Shown here piece by piece: positions 9,709-19,076 of a stretch of 35,762 nt of DNA. The number at the start of each line of letters is the position of its first letter. Position 1 is the first letter of the stretch. The stretch lies in the sequence record SRR2962707_3821. One strand, 5' to 3'. Under the pieces are notes generated by a model. It was not told the origin of the DNA, searched no databases, and was given only the letters and a program-made list of their open reading frames with translations. A program made the position numbers and the translations under genes.

Positions 9709-9879
9709 TTACCCACGTATCCTGCTCTTGAGGTCTGCAGGAATTTCATTCGTATACACAGAGATTCCCTGATAATGTATCAATATTGCCCATATTTTGA
9801 CACGTTTCCCTTACACCTTGTTAATAGATTTAGCGGGGCGTTGATGCTCTGCATGTTAATATTTGGTGGGGCTAGGTAA

Positions 9880-10863
9880 ATGAAAATTCTTGCGGTTGAT
9901 GACGATCCAATCATCCTTGAACTGCTCGCGCATTTCATCGAGACAATGACAGAACACAAGCTGGTTATGGCCTCAAGTGCTGATGAAGCCATTGAAACGA
10001 TCAGATCGAATGCGCGTGCGCCTTTCGATTGCTTCTTGCTTGATATCCAAATGCCCGGAACAGATGGCATCGCCCTTGCTGGCAAAATCCGCGACATGGA
10101 TAACTATGTCGATACGCCTATCCTGATGCTTACCGCGATGTCAGAAAAAGATTACATCGATGCAGCCTTTGCTGCCGGCGCGACGGATTATGTGACCAAA
10201 CCCTTTGAGATGTTCGAACTCAAGGCACGGCTGGCGCTTGTTGAGCGCGCTTTTTCTGAACGCGAAGCGCGCCCGACCAAGATTTTCGCGGCCCAGAAAG
10301 TGAACCCCAACCAAGGTCGGGGCACACCGCCAATTGATCTGCATAACCCTGTCGCGATCCACGACATCGAAAACCTGATCGATTTCATGGCGTTCGAAAA
10401 CTATATCCGCCAGCTTAGCCGGAACGATCTGTTCGGTTCGACCGCCTTTGCCTTTACGATCCGCGGGATTGCACATTATCACGCCACCATGTCGCCGTTC
10501 GAGTTCTATTCCGTGCTGACAGATGTTGCTGAAATCATTTCGGACACATTGGGCGACGGCCAGTTCCTGATGTCCTATGCCGGAAACGGTACATTCGTTT
10601 GCATCACCGAAGCCGGCTGGCAGCCCGATATGAAGGCGCTTGGCCTTAGCGTAAACCTGACCCTCGCCAAGACTGAACTTTTTGACAACCAAGGCGAGCG
10701 GATCGAACCGCGGGTTTGCGCAGGTAATGCGATTAGGTTAATGTGGAAGACGAGCGCGACCGTTATGGACGCAATTTCCGCAGCACATGCCTCGTCCGAG
10801 GAATCCGTTGCTGCTCATGAACATGCACATAAAAACGCATGGCAAATTGGTCTGACTGCATGA
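9880..10863 (+). CDS. Response regulator: N-terminal receiver plus a degenerate GGDEF-like C-terminal domain
   Basis: Receiver residues intact (ILAVDDD, LLDIQMP, MLTA, KPF). C-terminal region has SYAGNGTF where RYGGEEF would lie. Confidence 0.8.
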   Translation: MKILAVDDDPIILELLAHFIETMTEHKLVMASSADEAIETIRSNARAPFDCFLLDIQMPGTDGIALAGKIRDMDNYVDTPILMLTAMSEKDYIDAAFAAGATDYVTKPFEMFELKARLALVERAFSEREARPTKIFAAQKVNPNQGRGTPPIDLHNPVAIHDIENLIDFMAFENYIRQLSRNDLFGSTAFAFTIRGIAHYHATMSPFEFYSVLTDVAEIISDTLGDGQFLMSYAGNGTFVCITEAGWQPDMKALGLSVNLTLAKTELFDNQGERIEPRVCAGNAIRLMWKTSATVMDAISAAHASSEESVAAHEHAHKNAWQIGLTA

Positions 10864-11237
10864 TGCACCAAAAACTCAAACTGCCAGGAATCGACCGGAT
10901 CAGAAGTCGGTTTCTTGAGATGTTGAAAACCCGACAGGTTTCAATTGCCGAATATGCACTCGTTGCATGGGAAAGCTATGAACTCGAAGAGGTCAACGGT
11001 AGTTTGACGCTGGCACGGACGTTGCTACATCAGATCGCCGGCACTGCCGGTTCTCTTGGTTTTGAGGAACTGGGAAATGAGGCGCGGAGCGTAGAGACCG
11101 AGATTGATGACCATCTAAACGGCCCTGATGCCGACCTAGCCATCTGCCCCGGCCCTTTGTTTTTTCACCTAGATAGCTTTGTGCAACTTTGCCAAACCGT
11201 GCTTGATGCACAGCCGGAAACTGTCGATCCGTCTTAA
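10860..11237 (+). CDS. Hpt (histidine phosphotransfer) domain protein
   Basis: LHQIAGTAGSLGF motif, helical acidic protein; start at ATG 10860 forms an ATGA overlap with the response regulator stop. Confidence 0.85.
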   Translation: MMHQKLKLPGIDRIRSRFLEMLKTRQVSIAEYALVAWESYELEEVNGSLTLARTLLHQIAGTAGSLGFEELGNEARSVETEIDDHLNGPDADLAICPGPLFFHLDSFVQLCQTVLDAQPETVDPS

Positions 11238-11246
11238 CCCGGACCG

Positions 11247-11615
11247 TCAGCCCACCACGGCTCTGATCTGATCCCCCAATGTGATGGGATCAAAAGGCTT
11301 GCTGATCACATCAACCGCCCCGATCTGACGCAATTCGTCCATCTCGTTTGGTTGCGCGCGCGCTGTCATAAAGATCGCAGGGATCTCTGCAAATTCGGGC
11401 CGTTCACGCAGCCGTTCCAATGTCTGACGACCCGTCAACCCGGGCATCATCATATCAAGCAGTAAAACGTCAGGAATATAATCAAGCGCCCGCGCAAGAG
11501 CGTCTTCACCACTGTCACATTGGACAACCTCAAAACCGCCCGCCATCTCTAGCGCCAGCTCTACGATTTCGCGGATCGACTCGTCATCCTCAACGTGAAG
11601 AATTTTTATCACCAT
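11247..11615 (-). CDS. Single-domain response regulator (CheY-like receiver)
   Basis: ILHVEDD, LLLDMMMP, FMTA, SKPF; RBS GGGAGGG. Confidence 0.9.
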   Translation of the reverse strand: MVIKILHVEDDESIREIVELALEMAGGFEVVQCDSGEDALARALDYIPDVLLLDMMMPGLTGRQTLERLRERPEFAEIPAIFMTARAQPNEMDELRQIGAVDVISKPFDPITLGDQIRAVVG

Positions 11616-11698
11616 TACCCTCCCAAGTAAAAAAACGTTTGTTATCTAGGGTAAAGCACCGCAATTTGGCTAGGCTTACAACCCACAGCTTCATTAGA

Positions 11699-14600
11699 CT
11701 ATGCCCCGTTTTCGGCAAAATTTATAACGCAATCGATGATACGATTCATGTCAGCATGCGATTTCACCATATGCTCGCTGACGCGCTCATCTTTTGCGCG
11801 TACGGCATCAGACGTAAGCACGACGATACGTGCATTCGGTTGTTTCTCTTTTATCTCATCCAGCAAACCGGACGCGTCCCCGTCTGGGACAGTCCAATCC
11901 AGTATGATGACATCCCAAGCTTCGTCCGACAGCAAGCCACGCGTATTTCTGATCCGCGTGACATTATGCACATCCGCATAAGCGCTAATTCCCGCGCGGA
12001 TGACTTCGGCAAAATCCTCGTCATCCTCAAGGTGCAGAACCTTTAGCCGCTTGCCCGGGACAGGGCGCGGTAACTTCTCAGTCGCGGGGACTTGCCCCTC
12101 GGAGAGTTGCGTAATCGGGCAGGTGAACCAAAATATCGTCGGCCCCTCGGGCGTGCTCTCAAATCCGATTTCACCGCCGTGCCGCCAGACGATCTCGCGG
12201 GTGATGTTCAAACCCAGACCTGTCCCGCCTTTGGCACGTGTATCTGATCCGTCCGCTTGCGAGAAACGTTGGAAAATGCGCCCTTTGAACGATTCAGGTA
12301 CACCTGGCCCAATGTTCTGAACATAGACGACGGCGACATCGTCCCGCTTTTCGACGGTCACAGTCACATCTGTATCTTCATACGAATACTTGCACGCATT
12401 CGAAATCAAGTTGGCCATAACCTGCATCATACGCCCGGAATCCGCGGCGATGTGCAGCTCGTCTTTGGGCAAAACGAGCTCGAGCTTTGTCTTATGCGTG
12501 ACGGCGAACGGCATCATTTCGCTTTGCGCAGATTGCACCAGCGCGCAAAGATCGACATCCACCATGCTAAAGCTGATCTCGCCCGAGGAAATCTTTTCGA
12601 GGTCCAGAATATCGTTCACGATATCCGTCAGCCGGTCGGAATTGGATTGTGCAATCTGCACCAATCGCAGGGCAGATGGGGGCAGCTTGTCGCGTGCTGC
12701 CAGCTCAATCAGGCCCAACGCCCCCTTGATAGATGTAAGCGGCGTGCGCAACTCATGGCTGACCGTTGAAACAAATTCGCTCTTGATCTGCTCCATCTTC
12801 TTTTTGTCGGTAATATCGACGACCTGCGCGATATAAACATAGGACCCTATGTTCTTGTCGTAGTTCCACGTGATGTTGAACAAGCCCCAACGGTGCCCGC
12901 CGCTCTTGTGGCGGATCCTGAACTCCTCGCGATAAACATCTTGGTTACCCGCGCGCACCGTACTCAATACCGCTGCGATCATCCGGTCCATGTCGTCTTT
13001 GGGGATGATCCTGTCCAAATTGAAATCCTTGAGCATTTCAATATCGGAATAGCCTGTCAGCTCGGTCAATGCGGGGTTCACACCGATGAAATACCCACCA
13101 CTGTTAAGCGTTGCCATCCCCACCGGAGCTGCCTCAAGCACGACACGGAAACGCTTTTCGCTTGCTTCAAGGGCATTGCGGGAATGTCGCAGTTCGGTCA
13201 CGTCGGTCTGCGTGCCGACCATGCGCAAAGCATTGCCATCGTCATCGCGCTGCACAACAACGGCATCGGACCGCATCCAGCGCCAGTTGGTGCCAAACGC
13301 CACCCGGTATTCCGCGATCGAACGGACCGTTTCACCCCTGATGCACCGACGGTCGGCTTCTAACAGCATCGTCATATCTTCTGGGTGGATCCGCTCCATA
13401 AAGATGTCTTGGGGGTTTTCGACATCTTGCTTGATATCCATGATGTCGCGCCACGTGTGCGAGACGACAGATCTGCCGGTCTTAAGATCAATCTCGAACA
13501 CACCAATTTGCGAACCGGACAACGCCGCATCAAAGCGCTGTTTGGTGATCACCAGTTCATTCGCAATTTCGACATCTGTCGTCACATCACGCAAAATCAC
13601 GGTCGTGCGACGCTTGCCAGAGGACGTAACCCACCCGTTTGTATGCAAATCAATGAACAATTCGCGCCCGGTCATCGTGTGACCTAACGCATTATAGTTT
13701 GGACGCGATTCATCTTCGGAAAGCTCTGTAACAAAATCCGAAAAAGACAACCCATGCAGCCCGTCCCGCTTGCCATCAAAACAACTGGTCGCCGCATGGT
13801 TGGCAAATACGATCTTGCGATCCGAGTCCAAAATCATCACGGCGACGACCGTATTCTCGACCAAAGACCGGTTTTCTTCTTCCCGTGCACTGATCTTTTT
13901 CGCCCGTAACGTCGCGATCTCGCGCAGGCTTTCGTTGCGCATTCGCAGGGCACGCATTGCGAATGCCAACATCAAAGAAAGCAGCAGCCCGCCGACCAGA
14001 ACCAAAAATGGCGTGCGTGTGGTAAAGGTTTCGTTGAAAAGTTCCGTGCTGTGATAGTGGAGTGTCCACTGCCGGCCGAACATTTCCACGGTATAATCCG
14101 CACTATAAAGCGTATCCGTATATTCGTGTTCATGGCTGCTATAGATCAAAGCATCGTTGTGAGCGGCGATCCCATCATAAACTTCGAAATCAAACAGCCT
14201 CCCCTCCTCGGGGTTCAATCCTTCCAGCAGATTACGACCGACAAAAGGCGCGTATACCCACCCCTTCAGGTCAACTCCCTCAAAGTACGGCTGCAGCAAA
14301 AGGAAGCCAGGCTGTGCCGTGTCATCCTGCACCAACAAAATACGCGGAGTGAGCTGCGGCAATCCTGTTTCCCGCGCACGGTCTGCAGTTTCGCGGCGAC
14401 CTCGCTCAAAGCTGATATCAAGGCCAACCGCCGCGGCGTTAATGTCCATTGGCGCGATATACTTGATAATGTATTTTATATCGCTTTCGGTTTCAGGATG
14501 CACAGTGAAACTCTGAATGCCCGCTTCACGCATACCCGCTACAAATTCCGGCACCTCATCCGCAGGAACAGGCTCGATAAAGCCAATTCCGTTTATACCG

Positions 14601-14869
14601 GGCAAGCTCTCTTTCACATTCAAGCTGCTCGCAAACATTTCGAAATCATCAGCCTCAGTATTTTCTGACGCGCGCATCATGCCCGCAGCACCGTTGAGAC
14701 TTTGCAAATAGACATCCAAACGGGTTTTAAGCTTCTGAAGAGCTACGTCGGTAATCCGCTGGAACTCTGCATTGGCCGCGGCTTTGCTCATCCGCGAACT
14801 CTCCGCGAACACCCCGAAGGTCACCAATACACACAAGATCACCAGAATTATATCAAGACGTTTGAACAA
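11699..14869 (-). CDS. CHASE-domain, PAS-containing hybrid sensor histidine kinase with C-terminal receiver
   Basis: Two TM segments flank a CHASE region (PGINGIGFI, VGLDISFE..RR, GWVYAPF); three PAS/PAC-like regions; H-box SHELRTPL; N-box NLISNACKY; G2 GGTGLGL; C-terminal receiver (LEDD, ILDW, LTS, VKS). TTG start. Confidence 0.9.
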   Translation of the reverse strand: MFKRLDIILVILCVLVTFGVFAESSRMSKAAANAEFQRITDVALQKLKTRLDVYLQSLNGAAGMMRASENTEADDFEMFASSLNVKESLPGINGIGFIEPVPADEVPEFVAGMREAGIQSFTVHPETESDIKYIIKYIAPMDINAAAVGLDISFERGRRETADRARETGLPQLTPRILLVQDDTAQPGFLLLQPYFEGVDLKGWVYAPFVGRNLLEGLNPEEGRLFDFEVYDGIAAHNDALIYSSHEHEYTDTLYSADYTVEMFGRQWTLHYHSTELFNETFTTRTPFLVLVGGLLLSLMLAFAMRALRMRNESLREIATLRAKKISAREEENRSLVENTVVAVMILDSDRKIVFANHAATSCFDGKRDGLHGLSFSDFVTELSEDESRPNYNALGHTMTGRELFIDLHTNGWVTSSGKRRTTVILRDVTTDVEIANELVITKQRFDAALSGSQIGVFEIDLKTGRSVVSHTWRDIMDIKQDVENPQDIFMERIHPEDMTMLLEADRRCIRGETVRSIAEYRVAFGTNWRWMRSDAVVVQRDDDGNALRMVGTQTDVTELRHSRNALEASEKRFRVVLEAAPVGMATLNSGGYFIGVNPALTELTGYSDIEMLKDFNLDRIIPKDDMDRMIAAVLSTVRAGNQDVYREEFRIRHKSGGHRWGLFNITWNYDKNIGSYVYIAQVVDITDKKKMEQIKSEFVSTVSHELRTPLTSIKGALGLIELAARDKLPPSALRLVQIAQSNSDRLTDIVNDILDLEKISSGEISFSMVDVDLCALVQSAQSEMMPFAVTHKTKLELVLPKDELHIAADSGRMMQVMANLISNACKYSYEDTDVTVTVEKRDDVAVVYVQNIGPGVPESFKGRIFQRFSQADGSDTRAKGGTGLGLNITREIVWRHGGEIGFESTPEGPTIFWFTCPITQLSEGQVPATEKLPRPVPGKRLKVLHLEDDEDFAEVIRAGISAYADVHNVTRIRNTRGLLSDEAWDVIILDWTVPDGDASGLLDEIKEKQPNARIVVLTSDAVRAKDERVSEHMVKSHADMNRIIDCVINFAENGA

Positions 14870-15051
14870 CCACTAAACCCATTTAAACTTGTGCCGGGCA
14901 CCTAGCGCTTTCGCATCGTTGGTGCAGCAAGGGAGACCTTATTCATTTATAGGTTGTGCTAAACTCTCAAACAACCCAAAAGCCCGCGAACCGTCAGATA
15001 TTGTTGCACATGATGAAACAATGAGAGCGATTGAAGCATCCCATATGCTTG

Positions 15052-16320
15052 CTAAGCCTTGGGGTATACCAATATCGCCCGAAAATCGTTTACATTTGTG
15101 AGGGTTGGGCCGGTAATGACCTGACCGTCCACCCGTTTGAAAAACCCGTGCGCATCGTTAGTTGCCAATGCTTTAGCAGGGTCAATGGCTTCGGTTTTCG
15201 CAGTGTTCAGGGTATTGGCTCCGATGCATGCGCCGGCAACTTCGTCCGCACCGTCTACGCCATCGGTATCACAGGCCAGCGCCCAAAGATTCGGCGCGCC
15301 GTCCAACGCCAGGGCCAATGCCAGGCAGTATTCCGCATTTGGGCCACCGATACCGTCCCCGCGCCGTGTCACAGTCAATTCGCCGCCCGACAACATCACA
15401 ACAGGCGGATCGCCCGCGTTCAGCTTGGCTTGTGTGGCTAGGGCAATTTTTGCGTGTTCTTGTGCGACATCACGCGCCTCGCCTTCCAGGTCATTACCTA
15501 ACCGGATAACATCCAAACCCACCGACCGGGCGTGCTGTTCTGCAGCATCCAGTGATTGCTTGGGGGCCGCATATATCTGGTTGGTCACGCGCGATAAACG
15601 CTGGTCGCCCGGCGCGATCACTTGCGACCCTTGGGCAAGCGCTGCGCTGACAGACGGCGGCACCGAAATCTTCCACTTGTCCAATATCGCCTGCACATCC
15701 GCGACCGTGCTTGCATCACCGACCGTAGGGCCCGATCCGATCATCGCCATATCATCACCAGGCACGTCCGAAATCATCAGGGCCAACATCTGCGCAGGAT
15801 AGGTCGCCGCAGCCAGTTGCCCGCCTTTGACACGGGAAAGATGCTTGCGCACCACGTTCATCTTCTGGATCGGCGCGCCGGACGACAGCAACTCTTGGTT
15901 AACGGATTGTTTCTCGGAGAGGGTTATTTCACCCAAAGGTGCCACCAGCAAAGCCGATGCCCCGCCTGAGATCAACGCCAGCACGAAATCGTCCTCGCCC
16001 AATCCATCAACCAAGGCAATCATACGTTGTGTGGCAGTAGCCCCGGCCTGATCCGGCACAGGGTGCGCCGCCTCGACGATCTCGATCCCCTGACAGGGCC
16101 GCGCGTACCCATAGCGGGTGATCACCAGCCCCTCGCAAGGCCCCCATTCGGCCTCGACCGCCTCGGCCATGCGTGCGCTGGCCTTGCCGGCACCGATCAC
16201 CACGACCCGACCCACAGGCCGCGCCGGCAGGAACCGCGCCAAACTTTGCATCGGGTCCGCAACTTCGACGGCGACATCAAACAAATTGCGCAGCAGCGTT
16301 TCAGGATCGATGGATGCCAT
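15052..16320 (-). CDS. Glycerate 2-kinase (type 2, TtuD/MOFRL family)
   Basis: GAGKAS, AAHPVPD, ISGGASAL, SDVPGD, SGGE, GGPNAE, TDGVDG, TLTNVND motifs. Confidence 0.9.
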   Translation of the reverse strand: MASIDPETLLRNLFDVAVEVADPMQSLARFLPARPVGRVVVIGAGKASARMAEAVEAEWGPCEGLVITRYGYARPCQGIEIVEAAHPVPDQAGATATQRMIALVDGLGEDDFVLALISGGASALLVAPLGEITLSEKQSVNQELLSSGAPIQKMNVVRKHLSRVKGGQLAAATYPAQMLALMISDVPGDDMAMIGSGPTVGDASTVADVQAILDKWKISVPPSVSAALAQGSQVIAPGDQRLSRVTNQIYAAPKQSLDAAEQHARSVGLDVIRLGNDLEGEARDVAQEHAKIALATQAKLNAGDPPVVMLSGGELTVTRRGDGIGGPNAEYCLALALALDGAPNLWALACDTDGVDGADEVAGACIGANTLNTAKTEAIDPAKALATNDAHGFFKRVDGQVITGPTLTNVNDFRAILVYPKA

Positions 16321-16335
16321 AGTTATCTACCCTGA

Positions 16336-17901
16336 CTAAAACCCGACCGCACAGCCGTCTTTGCGGTGATCCGATCCGGCCACATACCCATCACCCTGCC
16401 GCACAATCAGCTGTGCGCCGCCAAAGCCAAACGCATTATCAGGCGCTTCGCGGGTGATCTTGTGGCCCATGCTTTCCAGCGCAGCGACAGTTTCGTCCGG
16501 CATGGTGCTTTCCACCGCCACCTCAACCCCCGACACAAAACGCCAGCGCGGCGCATCACTTGCGGCTTGCGGCGATTGCCCGTGCACCATCATCCGGGTC
16601 ACCATTTGCACATGGCCCTGCGCCTGCATCGGTCCGCCCATGACGCCAAAGCTCATCAAGGGGGCACCATCTTGCATGACAAAGCCCGGAATAATCGTCT
16701 GGAACGGCCGCTTGCTTGGCCCGATCTGGTTCGCGTGACCAGGGGTTTCTACAAACCCCGCGCCACGGTTTTGTAGGCTGATCCCTGTATCAGGCACAAC
16801 AACCCCTGATCCGAAACCCATATAGTTCGACTGGATCAGCGACACCATTTTGCCCGACGCATCCGCCGCTGTAATATAAACCGTGCCGCCATGTTTCGGC
16901 GCGCCTTCGACAGCGACTTTCGCCTTGTCGGGGTCGATTTCTGCCGCCCGCCGCGCCAAATACGCCGGGTTCAGCATCTCGCTTGGCGTGACGTCCATAT
17001 GGGCTGGATCCGCGACAAACGCCTCGGCGTCAGCGAGGCCCAGCTTGATCGCTTCGATCTGCAAATGCAGTGCTTGCGGGCTGTCGGGGGCGTGGCTGGC
17101 AAGATCAAAGTGACCCAGAATACCAAGCGCGCTTAGCGCGGCGATGCCTTGCCCATTTGGCGGAATTTCATGCAGGGCCACGGCCGCATAATCCTGGCTT
17201 AGGGTGCCGCACCAATCGGGGCTGTGGTCGGCCAAATCCGACATTGCCAAGGCTGACCCATGGCGCGCCGCATCTGCCACGATCTGTTCAGCCAGCACAC
17301 CAGTATAGAAAGCAGCACCCTTGGTTTCGGCAATCAACCTGAGTGATTTCGCCTGCGCAGGGTTGCGAAAAACCTCGCCTGCTTTGGGCGCGCGGCCATT
17401 TGGCAAAAAGCAATCGGCGAAGCCCGGTTGCTGGCCCAAAGTCTTGCCGGCGATTTCCCAAAGCCGCGCGATAATCGGCGACACGGGGAACCCGTTTTCG
17501 GCATAATCGATTGCGGGGCCGAACAGTGTCTCGAATGGCAACGCGCCAAACCGGTCCGACAGCGCGACCCAGCCCGATACCGCCCCCGGCACCGTAACGC
17601 TGCCCCAGCCGCGTTCTGTGACTTCGGTCGCGGTCAATCCTGCTGGCGATCTGCCCGATGCGTTTAACCCATGCAACGCGTCGCCGTCCCACAAAATAGC
17701 GAATGCATCACTGCCAAGGCCGTTTCCAGATGGTTCAACAACCGTCAGCGTAATCGCCGCTGCAAGGGCTGCATCAATGGCGTTTCCGCCTTTGTACAAC
17801 ATCGAAAGTCCGGCTTGCGCAGCCAGAGGTTGCGAGGTTGCGACCACATTACGGGCCAGCAAAGGACCGCGACGAATATCATAGGGTGTATCAAATTTCA
17901 T
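16336..17901 (-). CDS. Gamma-glutamyltransferase family Ntn-hydrolase (YwrD-like, no signal peptide)
   Basis: SQPLAAQAG, GGNAIDAA, autoprocessing Thr in GGTVYITAAD, LQNRG, KRPFQTIIP, GVMGG motifs. Confidence 0.9.
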   Translation of the reverse strand: MKFDTPYDIRRGPLLARNVVATSQPLAAQAGLSMLYKGGNAIDAALAAAITLTVVEPSGNGLGSDAFAILWDGDALHGLNASGRSPAGLTATEVTERGWGSVTVPGAVSGWVALSDRFGALPFETLFGPAIDYAENGFPVSPIIARLWEIAGKTLGQQPGFADCFLPNGRAPKAGEVFRNPAQAKSLRLIAETKGAAFYTGVLAEQIVADAARHGSALAMSDLADHSPDWCGTLSQDYAAVALHEIPPNGQGIAALSALGILGHFDLASHAPDSPQALHLQIEAIKLGLADAEAFVADPAHMDVTPSEMLNPAYLARRAAEIDPDKAKVAVEGAPKHGGTVYITAADASGKMVSLIQSNYMGFGSGVVVPDTGISLQNRGAGFVETPGHANQIGPSKRPFQTIIPGFVMQDGAPLMSFGVMGGPMQAQGHVQMVTRMMVHGQSPQAASDAPRWRFVSGVEVAVESTMPDETVAALESMGHKITREAPDNAFGFGGAQLIVRQGDGYVAGSDHRKDGCAVGF

Positions 17902-17993
17902 GCGGCATCCTGCGACCGGAATTAAGCCGGACGCAAGCAGATAAATTGCATCTTATGGCAATTTACAAACAGGGCAGTGCGCCCAAAGCCAAC

Positions 17994-18971
17994 TTACGCA
18001 GTCTGATCAAACAGACGTTGGCGCGCCGCTGCATATTCAGTCGCAATACGTTCGACCAACTCCGCCGCTGGCATCACTGATTTAACAGCACCAATGCCCT
18101 GACCCGCGCCCCAAATCTCTTTCCAGCTTTTGGGTTTTTCACGGTCCGTACCGAAATTCATATTCGACGGGTCTGACCGCTCTAGGTTATTGGGGTCCAT
18201 GCCTTGCGCCTCGATCGACGGCTTTAGGTAGTTACCCCAGACACCTGTAAACAGATCGGAATAGACGATATCCGATGCGCCCGAATCCGCGATCATCTGC
18301 TTGTAACGTTCATCTGCATTGGCTTCCTTGGTCGCGATAAACGCCGACCCGGCATAGCCGCCATCAGCACCCATAGCCTGTGCCGCCAGAAGGCTGGCAC
18401 CGCTTGCAATCGCACCCGACAAGAACAACGGCCCATCAAACCATTCGCGAATTTCCTGAATCAACGCCAACGGGGATAGCGCACCAGCATGCCCCCCTGC
18501 CCCGGCGGCCACAGCGATCAGGCCATCAGCCCCTTTTTCAATCGCCTTATGTGCAAAACGGTTGTTGATCACATCGTGCAACACCACGCCACCCGCACTA
18601 TGCGCTGCATCGTTCAGCCAGTTCTGCGCACCCAGCGACGTGATCCACAACGGCACCTCGTGTTTGACGCAAATCTCGACGTCACGTTCCAGCCGTGCGT
18701 TCGATTTATGCACAATCTGGTTCACCGCATAGGGCGCTGCCGGATTGTCGGGGTTCGCTTGGTTATGGCGGTCCAGCTCTTCTTTGATGCGAGTCAGCCA
18801 TCGGTCCAGCTCAATCGGTTCGCCTTCGGCCTCGCGGGCATTCAGCGCGGGAAAACTGCCAACGATCCCAGCCTTACACTGCGCAATAACCAGATCAGGA
18901 TTAGAGATGATAAACAAAGGGCTGCCAATCAGCGGAATGCGCAAATTGTCAAAAAGGGCTGGTAGCGTCAT
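17994..18971 (-). CDS. Nitronate monooxygenase / FabK-like flavin oxidoreductase
   Basis: GSPLFIIS, GSFPALNAR, GAGGHAG, IWGAGQG motifs. Start moved to ATG 18971 (RBS GAGGA). Confidence 0.85.
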   Translation of the reverse strand: MTLPALFDNLRIPLIGSPLFIISNPDLVIAQCKAGIVGSFPALNAREAEGEPIELDRWLTRIKEELDRHNQANPDNPAAPYAVNQIVHKSNARLERDVEICVKHEVPLWITSLGAQNWLNDAAHSAGGVVLHDVINNRFAHKAIEKGADGLIAVAAGAGGHAGALSPLALIQEIREWFDGPLFLSGAIASGASLLAAQAMGADGGYAGSAFIATKEANADERYKQMIADSGASDIVYSDLFTGVWGNYLKPSIEAQGMDPNNLERSDPSNMNFGTDREKPKSWKEIWGAGQGIGAVKSVMPAAELVERIATEYAAARQRLFDQTA

Positions 18972-19076
18972 GGGTTCCTCCGGGAAGCGTTCTTTTGCCT
19001 GCAACTTGTCAGGATGCTGAAGATTTGGGAATGACAAACGTTGCGTCCGTTATTCCCTATTGCCGTGATTTCGGTC

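Noticed and set aside
9811-9824. Possible CtrA boxes upstream of the response regulator and of the kinase (14873-14886)
   Set aside because: Half-sites are imperfect and spaced by 6 nt rather than the TTAA-N7-TTAA consensus, so unsupported without a PWM scan.
11580-12030. Repeated CTCGTCATCCTCAA in the small receiver gene and the kinase gene
   Set aside because: Both copies encode the conserved EDDE acidic pocket of receiver domains; not a DNA repeat element.
8628-14950. Weak similarity between AGCAAGACCTAGCATTTAT (near 8628) and AGCAAGGGAGACCTTATTCATTTAT (near 14926) as island attachment repeats
   Set aside because: Requires several gaps, lies in AT-rich DNA, and no integrase or tRNA is nearby.
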